Made by a program: the position numbers and the translations under genes | Shown: positions 55,001 through 64,000 of the stretch, piece after piece | Layout of the letters: each line of letters opens with the position of its first letter | Position numbering within the stretch: position 1 is the stretch's first letter | Source: Balanoglossus misakiensis | Lineage: Eukaryota > Animalia > Hemichordata | NCBI GenBank assembly: GCA_040954595.2 | Contig: CM082596.2 | Coordinates: forward strand, 591,468-655,467 | Length of the DNA stretch: 64,000 nt | Reading direction: 5' to 3' | Notes under the pieces: model-generated | The model's database searches: none | What the model saw: the letters and a program-made list of their open reading frames with translations, nothing else | What the model was told of the DNA's origin: nothing

Positions 55001-58000
55001 CTTGTCTGAGTTATCAACGGGAACTTTTTTGACAGCATCTTTCTTCAATATGCACTGAAACTAATAACAATTTCTATGTGGGGTGTCCTTGTCAATGGTT
55101 ACAATGCCCGTAGCAAAAACAACTTTTACTTCAAACTGGAAGGCGATGGTCTAGTCGTCTAACGCATGTGCGAGAAATGGGTAAGCGGTACCTTTGTATC
55201 AAGTTTACGAGCTCAATGTTAGTCAAACCGGTCTTTAGTATCTGCAGGCACTAATATTGCAGCGAGAGACACCTGTGCTCGATATATTTTTTAGGATTAA
55301 TGTGACATTATTGCGAACTGACATGGCCGCCTTTGTTTCACGTAAGGCAAACGGATATCAATAATTCACAAGATGTTTTTTCGCAACTTCATTATGATTT
55401 CCGAGCCCGAATGAGCATAAGAAAGCTCCATAGCTAAGTAGGCACCTCATACTCTGAATTGTGCATTTGTTTTTCATTTCACTACATTTTCATTTTTATA
55501 ATATAAGCTTTGATTTCATTAGTTTTTACAATGAAATTTTAATGTAGGCCTAAGCTTCAGTCATTTCCTCAACAGTCTATCGTGTTGAAATAAAGATAAA
55601 TCAATCAATCAATCAAGCAATCAATCAATTAATTAATAATTAATAACGTGTTGAAATCACAGATATGAAACATCTTTGTCTGTTGTGTCTACTGTTTGTG
55701 ATCCTAAATGTATCAATCGTACAGAAATCTCTGGTTATACCAACAATGCCAACATTATAAGACAAGCGCATGTGCAAGTGGTCGTAAGACCTTTTCTGGC
55801 TGAAGTAATAAAAATGTGCTGTGACGTCAATAAAACGTGTACGAAACACTCATATGAAAACAGAGTAATCACATCCACTTTGTGCTTTTTTAGCGAGTAT
55901 GGCTTCCGGAAGTGACCCTCAGTAGGCAGACCGGTTACAAATCATTGCAGGAAATGCGTCCTTGATTGATTTTTGAGACAACCATTTTCTTGATTAGAAG
56001 AATTAGTCAAGAAGACAACGTAATATTGATGATCAATTTATATTGATGCTACACTAATCTCATGAAATATTTACGGAGTAAACATGCTTTAAAGAACAGA
56101 AAACTGATTCAGTTACACAGCAATTGGTTACCATGGAAACATACTTTATTGTGTTGTATTTGGAGACAATCACGATAAACAAATAATTCACTTTTACCTC
56201 TGCCGTACTGAGACAGCAGCGCTCTCGGTGATCGAGAGAAATATCAATCTTAATTGATTAAAGTTAACAGCCGGAGGAAAATTTGAAGTTAAACAGATAG
56301 AACTGGGTGGAAAGCGTACGGTAAATTACCGACGTGTTGCGACTGCGCACTTGGATCAGAGTTTATTTTTCATTTGTTTTGGACGTGGTTGTGAATATAA
56401 TAAAATGACCATTTAATAAGTCTACCTTATTGCATGTATGATACTCCCGGGAAAGTAAAACACCTATTATTTTCAATCACTCTTGTGAAATGCAGATGAG
56501 GCAGTCATCTTTGAAAGCGTGTTAAAGTGAAAACTTCCGGTTGTTTCGAATTTCCTTTTTCACCACGATCAATACGCATAAAATAACAATAATGCATCGC
56601 ATTTACCAACAATGTCTCAAGCCAGTTTCAGTAAGGTACTTCGTCATCACACACACACCCCAATAATGGAAGTTTCGCTGAGGAAAGACCTGTGCTTTTG
56701 AAGAGGTAAACAGATACAATTCAGGCCTCAGCCAACCAGCTATATGAGAAAAACAGGGCAAAACTGTCCTCATTATTATAAGATCTTGCATGTGTAGTTG
56801 TAAAGAGAAATAGCTATCAACGCAACATTTCCATACCTAATTGAATCAAGAATATACTAATATCTCAGATAAAAGACCACTTAACCATAAGAATCCTTTT
56901 AAACAGCCGCGTTGAATAGACTCGCCCGCCAAATTTAATTCAATTAACGATATTGTGAAAGATCTAATGCAGACCAGACTGAATGGAAGAAACACTTGGT
57001 TCTACCATGACCCAGGATGTGAACTTGCCTAACCCAAATTGAATGATAAGTAGGTCAACTTTATTAAAATTGACAGTCGTATTATAGTAATATATAATGG
57101 GTAAATTCTCAACCTGGAATAGGTTAGAATGCTTTAAAGGAGCACCTCCTATATCAGCTTCATCAAAAACATTCCATGCCAACAAGAACTAATGTATGAA
57201 CCAGTGATTGAATGAGTTCTAGTCCGGACTTGAAAAAAATAACAGAGTCATAGTGTAAAACAGAGAGGGCTAAAGATTACAGAAAAGAATTGAAACTTTT
57301 GTTATAAACTGTGATCCTTGTTCAGAGCAAACATAAAACCTGTTCTGTGCTGAAGGAAGAATGTTTATTTACGAAACTCTTAGTCATCCTATTTATCGGC
57401 ATTGACAAAGGCAGACGAGGAGGACCATTTAGAATTATGACACTGTTTATTTTACATCCAGCTTCGGGTCTTTTAACCTTCTTGGAAATCATACTGGAGT
57501 AATAACATCGACTTTCATCAGTCGTGAAAATCTGTTCCACGTTATAGTTTATTGCAGACTCCGGAGGGCTTCACGCCTCATTCTAGAGCTCTGTATATTT
57601 TTCCGCTCCACAGAACAAATTGTAATCGTATCAAACAAGCTCCAAAAAGGGTGCCTTTTCAACACACCTCAATATCGTATCATAATATTGCATCACTGAT
57701 TAATTAAAAACCAATGTTTGTTTCTGTTAAACTTGTGAGAAGCTAAAAATAATTTGCTTTAAAAGTGACGCCGACAGACCTACGGTTCATTTAAACGAAT
57801 GAGTATTTTAAAATAATATAATGGCAAAAAGGTTTAAAGAATTTGTTGCCATGGATTTACGAAATCAAGATCATTATATCTTGATAGAGTTCATGTAATA
57901 TGACCAGAAAATTTCGAACTGAAAATACATCACCTGAGAATGGCGCCTGGTCGAGGCAGAGAAGTTTAACGTATTGACATAACATCAGGATCTTTTTATT

Positions 58001-59952
58001 GAAAGCTAACACAATGTGTTTTGCAACTTCAATTGGCTACATAAGTTAAATTTGGGTGCATGGAGATCCCTTTTTATCTCCAAGGGCACGTGTAAGAGCT
58101 GGCTAGACTTCCACAGTGTTTTACTCTGAAATATAACATCAGATATCATGTGGAACAAGCCTGAAGGGTGTGTGATGGTCAGGAAAAACAGGGGAAGACA
58201 GTTCTAATAAAATATTTTATCTGCACCGTCTGTTGATTCTGAGTACGGAAGCCATCTATGAATACCAATGAGACACCAGCCTTCACGTAAAGTCCGTCAA
58301 TCTTTATCAAAAGACATCAGAGATCTGTGAGATGCAGACATACTGGCTTTGACGAAGGAAGTTCGTCTGACGCCGCTTCTCAAATTCTGTTCTGTAGCGT
58401 AAATCGACGTAAAATGACGACAATTCGTAATTTCCACGTGGCATAAATACGTAAACAGAGCCCGTGCTCTGTTATCGACTAATTTCCACTTTCAGTACAA
58501 TAAAATTGTTTAAAAACAAACGCCAAGAGAGCGTACAGGAGAAAGACTTAAGAAAGTCACAAAGAATCACGATGAACATTTGCAGAAGGAAATTGGCAAT
58601 AACTAGGTTGGATTATGAGAATGTATCAAAGCGGGAAACAATCGCCCTTTGGTGAGCAAATCTCTTTCATTACAATATCCACAGCAACTTGATATGTTTC
58701 TTGCCATGTACAGCGCGTAATGATACGACAGTGGACATTATGAGCAGAATCTCTTTTAGAACTGGAAGATGCAGACTGGGAATTGAAACGAAAGTGAGAG
58801 TACATTTTTCGATTGAAATGAACCACCGTGACGCTGGCAAATGGTTTTCCTTCAAAGCATCAATTTCACAGATCCCTGAAGTCCATCAATACGTGTCGTC
58901 TTTTCCTGATTTCTTGTTTAACGAGACAGAAACAGAGGAAGTCGCTGTGAAACCATCGCTAAGGTATTGTGTTTCTAAACTCGTGGGCCAGGCCACACGG
59001 TGCCTGTGATTTTCCCTTGTGGTACAATTTCAAATTTCACGTCTTACTGGCAAAGACTATTATATACCATATTGCTCTAACAACATCACAGGGAGCAGGG
59101 TGTTCTACAAGTTTGTAAAATATTACATGTTTCTCTTCTCCATCTCGCAAACAGTCATACCTACAAAGCCATGATATTTATCGTCGCACCATGCTTGCAA
59201 CCTTTTTACTATGTTTCATGACAGGAAAATCTCTTCGATGGAGAAGTATCAAGATTTTTGAAGAAATCGAAGTCTTTTTTAATGTCAACCTTTGTCGAAT
59301 TTTATTTCTTTCCACTTAGACGTTTCAGGGAATGAATTTGATTTCGGAATTTTATTGCTCACAAAAACGGTGATAAATTCCGTATTACTGGTTTATTCGA
59401 AAACACGATGCGGCTCGTGGCACACAAGAGCTAGCTGGAATGTATATATCAAAGTAACTGATGGTGTGTCTGATCGGGAAATGTAACAGAAACATGTCTC
59501 TTTCTCACGAAAATTCATCATCAGTGTTTGAAGCATCAAAATTACTCACAGAATGAAATCTGCCTGAAGTTCAAACACTGATAGATGCTTTTGACTTTCT
59601 CTCCCGTCCAACGTACCTGACATGGTTGAAGAACATCCCTGTAGGAATCAGCCGAAATATACCACGCTCCGTACGATATTACGTAATCCGCTGGATGCGC
59701 CTCTCGTGTTGATGTGTTCAACTGGCATCGGTTCTCTCTTCTCCAGTAATTAAAAGACTGACAATGCGAAATCTTGTCACATTCTCTGCTGCAATCCACG
59801 CTACTGAATGTGTCGAGTTCAACAAAGACGTGATTGGCCAGATACCGGTCTCTGCTCGTCACAAGTGTTGAGTTTTCGAACAGAACACCTCCATCGCTGT
59901 GGTAGAACGTTACGAAGGTGCAGTAAAACAAAGACGAGAACAATTTCTGCAT
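49052..59952 (-). CDS. Secreted PAN-EGF-expansin-like protein, copy 2, 356 aa
   Basis: Exons 59952-59617, 50369-50246, 50074-49944, 49790-49587 and 49327-49052, with the same phases and the same 124-nt EGF exon size as copy 1. Joining the PAN exon across a 9.2-kb intron is inferred from phase and paralogy (shared CQSFNYWRRExRCxL). Confidence 0.75.
55598..55629. repeat. (AATC)n microsatellite
   Basis: Read directly from the sequence. Confidence 0.85.
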
Positions 59953-62900
59953 CTTCTGTGTCAGAAAGCGAAATCAAAAGAGTTCTGAGCTTGATAGTTA
60001 ATCAGTGATTAGAAAAGCGCTGTTCTTCGGAGTGGAGATAAAATGGTAGCGTACAGTGGTCAATACGGACTCCCTTATTACTACTTCAGTGAGCAAGATG
60101 ATTGAGGTCTGTATCAAAATCTCGGTACCGTTGAGAATGCGCACGCATCACATGTTCTGGTCTCAGTCGGATATTTTATGCTTCTCACGTTTTCTGTCGA
60201 CGGAGCATGTGGCTTGCCAGGCGATCAGTGCAAGCGCTTTTGAAGATCCGCCAGCGAGAGTTTATGAACCGTGTGATCAAGTTAATTAAATAGATTCGTG
60301 GCAACGACAGCTTGTTTGAGCGTAAAGATACATCGCCACGGACTCATCTTTCTGAAGTATCTAGATTCATGCTCATTTATTTCTACAAACCTCATTTATA
60401 AGTTTATCAGGATATTTGTTTGTGTTCAACTTTTTAGAAACTCTGACAGACACACATAGGAAAAATACCAAAGAGAGCCAAAAGTTACAAACAACCTCCA
60501 AGATTTGAAAGAGCACATTCTTCAGGGGCAAACAGTGCATTGTATGACCATGGATTAAGTGCCATAGGCGCAAATGTGGCAGATAATTCTGCAACTAGCG
60601 ATCATCAGATGTGAGCGCCACCAAGACAAACAACCACGTCAGTGTCACTGACAACATTTAGTGACAAATTGTCACAGTTTCACCCCTGCTGTTATGTCTT
60701 TCAGAACGTCATTAGAAGAAAATAAGAGGTGACATTTAAACTACCATTTATCATTATTTTATAATCCGGGTTGAAGTCCCCGTCCTTCATTAAATGCCAC
60801 CCACGTCGAGGAAGATGGTGATCACAAAAACCTGAACACGTATTCACACACGATTATGGGTGAGCATTTAGGGTAATGATGTTTAAGCCTCCTTACGATT
60901 ATCGTGCACAATTCTACACTTAGTCTTGTGAAACAGTTTTACGAGTTGTGCGTCAGAATCTGCCCAGTGGATAATTTGCCAGAAGGGAAAACTTCTTTCA
61001 TTATTCAGTAAATGTCACAACTTTAAATTGACGCGGTCTTTGTGAATTGGTATAGATATATCTTCGTGTAGGGGCGCCGGTATGTGAAAGTGTAAAGCAT
61101 AAAATCTTCCTTTTTAGGGAATCATTAGTTCAATATTACATTGACTGCAACTAATATGAGACCAGTCGCAGCAGAAGTGGATAAAAGTTGGCTAATAATA
61201 TAAAAGCCGTGTTCTCTTACTCGCATGTCTATGAGAAAGCAGAGGTCTGACTATCAGACAATGAAAGATGCGGATGTACAATTTCGAGTTCCGGAAGCGC
61301 ACAAATGTGAATGGAAGTTGCTCTGAATACCTGCGCATATGTATGACCTTTTTACGTCACGTGATTGGCGGTGCAGAGGCCAGCAAAGAAGCACGTTTGC
61401 GCACAGAGAGGAATGAAATACTTTAAAAAACGGTCTTCATATGCTGACGAATGATTGAAACATATGTTAGTGTGATGAAGCGACGTTAAACCAGGTGCAA
61501 CCCCCTGACATCTGTTGTAAGTCCATGACTAACACCAGGTGCAACGCTGCCATTATGCATTACATCAATAATATGCAAATGAATGTCATCGCCAAAAAGA
61601 GCTGCCATTCAATATTCAAAGCTTCACCCACAGAGTGATTACCAGGACACAATATTGAATAATATAACATGCGTGTTCCGCAGAAGATAATATAACGTAC
61701 TCACCAACACCTCGTCTTGAATTCTGTCCAAAATAACGGTTACAAAAGTGAAAAGGCACCTCCACAATTGGCAATTGTCCTGATGATGTCCATTGAAACT
61801 GTTGTGTCGCTCGGTCAACCTTTTGATAAACCACAAGCTGGGTCAATTTTTCTGCCATGTCATGATGATATACTACAACAATTAGTTTCAGAACAGTGTT
61901 CAGTCCAAATAAACGCTATTTCGCAAGAATGTCATGATGGCCACGAAGGAAAAACGCACTTCCATTTCTTTCTTTCTCCCCACTCATGTCCCGGTCACAG
62001 CCTCAAGCAAAATGTCCACATGCAAAACTCCACTCACCAAATTACAATTTTGTTGACCAGCCAGGTGTTCTTATTGTTATGTAAATGTCTTACCCTGGCT
62101 CTACACTGTGACAATCTGAGAGGTTTCCAGCAATTGGATAAAAACAGTAGTAAGAGAAGTTGCGAGCGTTAGGGGCGCTTTTGGAAAAAGGTGACTACTG
62201 GACCAAGTCTTGTCATCTGGGAGCGCTCTTTACACTGATATGTATGTATAATGATTGATTAAAGCAAGTTTATAAAAGCAGCACACTTGTACGGTATTAT
62301 ACATTTTCTACAAATTCCAATCTCTGTACATTTCCCATGACAGATGTAGCAAGATTGTGCTTTATTAGCTGATTTATTTCTTTGGTACCATTTATGTTTG
62401 GATGCTACGTAAAATAAATAAACATTATGTAGTTATTATTAAATAACTATAGAAAAATAATACATAACTATTTTACTCATAAGCAGATACTATTGACACT
62501 GCGAGTTCGGTAAATGTGGCATGATAAACGGTTTAACGCGTACACATGTTGAACACTTGTGAAGTGTTGACACATCGTTACAGATTTTGGCGACAAAACT
62601 AACAGTTGCATCTGAGTGCATTATTGTCAGAGGACCGTTGCCTGGTGATTGTATGTTCAACGACCATTGACGTCTCGTAAATTCTTACAGGGTACTATAA
62701 ACACAACGTGTACAGTGCCTGTCTGGGTCAACTCAAATTTGCAATGGTAGGCCAAACACACCAATATGTGTATACGTATAGAGGCTACCAACTCATACAA
62801 AGACAAATGCTTACATTACACAACATAGAATAATTTCTAAATGAATGAAACTAAGATCAGCACTAGAATCAGTGCCGAGTGCGCACTCGCAGTCTTGCTC

Positions 62901-63260
62901 AATGTGTACTGCATTAATATATGAAACTGTAATGATATATATTCATACTGTTATCTCATGACAGTTAAACACAAACATAAACATGGTGGACAACGTCGTT
63001 ATGACAGATATTCGTTTGAGTTCGCCGAACAAATCGGATTCTCGGCTGTGTAGCAGGACAGTCAGGTATTCTCAGACAGGTAGTGCAACAGTTGTTGTAA
63101 TAATTGTCACATGTACATTCGAGCGAGCGATTTATTCCTCGAGATCGTGACCTCATGTCAGGTATTTGTCGACGATTAACGCCAGGACATAATTTCGTTG
63201 TCCAGATCAACAAATTTAACCGAACCAATTCTACTTAGCATCACGCCGTGCCGAGCATCT

Positions 63261-64000
63261 CTAATTCGACTCATCACAACAGCATTGGCACGTTAAAAGC
63301 CTTCTCATGGTCGCTCGAAATTCGGCGAGTCTCAGGGTGAAGATTGTTGGGCCAGAGCTGTAGACGGCAACCAGAAAAGTGACTGCGTAGAGAACAGTAT
63401 ACTCGTCAAGCAAAGACGGATTGAAGTATGCAATGTTAAGAAGGGTTATGAGAGGAAGCCAAACGATTACAAATATGATCATAGACAAATGAAAAAGTAT
63501 GGCAAGTTTTCTCTGAGTGTTTGCCGACTGAGCAGCGGAAACGCTGTCACCATTTCTGTTTATAACTGTCCTTTTCAATAAACGGATTAAAAGAGCCGCT
63601 ATGATATGTCCGAAGATGTGACAGGGGATCACAATAACGAACATAAAAACGCAAAAATGTCCGAGTGTTGGAACACCTAGAGGTGTACAGTGAAAATCAC
63701 TGTCATCTTGGTTGTCCTGGTAACTGTTAAATCCCATAGCTGGGACGAAACTGAAAACAATGACTATTACCCACATTACCATGGCGACGGCGATCGCTCG
63801 TTTTATCAGGTTAATTCTCACACTGTCGAAAGGCCGCCTGAACTGGAAATTGAGCATGATCACGAAGATTAGAGTAGCCGTGGCGATAGCAGAGAGGGAG
63901 AGAACCAGAAAGCAGTATGCTAACACACACTTCCAGTAGTTGTAGAATTCACTAGCGAGTAGAATGGACAGCAGTATAGGCACCGTGACAGCAGCAGACA
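63261..64000 (-). CDS. Class A (rhodopsin-like) GPCR, partial (TM2-TM7 and C-tail), 5' end beyond the window
   Basis: Uninterrupted ORF with successive hydrophobic segments, TM3 Cys, TM4 W...P.MGFN, TM6 FVIVWLP, helix 8 EFRATMRRLL and a Cys-rich tail; loosely adenosine-receptor-like. Confidence 0.85.
   Translation of the reverse strand, partial: SAAVTVPILLSILLASEFYNYWKCVLAYCFLVLSLSAIATATLIFVIMLNFQFRRPFDSVRINLIKRAIAVAMVMWVIVIVFSFVPAMGFNSYQDNQDDSDFHCTPLGVPTLGHFCVFMFVIVIPCHIFGHIIAALLIRLLKRTVINRNGDSVSAAQSANTQRKLAILFHLSMIIFVIVWLPLITLLNIAYFNPSLLDEYTVLYAVTFLVAVYSSGPTIFTLRLAEFRATMRRLLTCQCCCDESN

Noticed and set aside
61616-62172. 151-aa plus ORF and overlapping minus ORFs
   Set aside because: No motif or splice support; consistent with chance ORFs or decayed repeat sequence.

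Overview
AT-rich, intron-containing animal genomic DNA, probably from a marine invertebrate deuterostome (an inference, not proven). Genes from left to right: a class III myosin (kinase plus motor, minus strand, running off the left edge); ULK4 pseudokinase (minus); a 739-aa LRR-caspase fusion with intact SHG/QACRG sites (plus); a single-pass membrane SPFH/Band 7-like gene with a long Pro/Tyr-motif N-terminus (minus); three tandem minus-strand secreted PAN/apple genes, two of which I assemble by splice phase as signal-PAN-EGF-expansin-like; and a partial class A GPCR with degenerate activation motifs. There are also two MITEs, a probable decayed LINE fragment and several tandem repeats. The main points of interest are the LRR-caspase, the PAN-EGF-expansin pair lacking the key Asp, mutually exclusive loop-2 exons in myosin III, and three consecutive stop-free in-frame introns in ULK4. 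All gene models and family assignments come from reading the sequence by eye and recalled motifs; no database searches were run.
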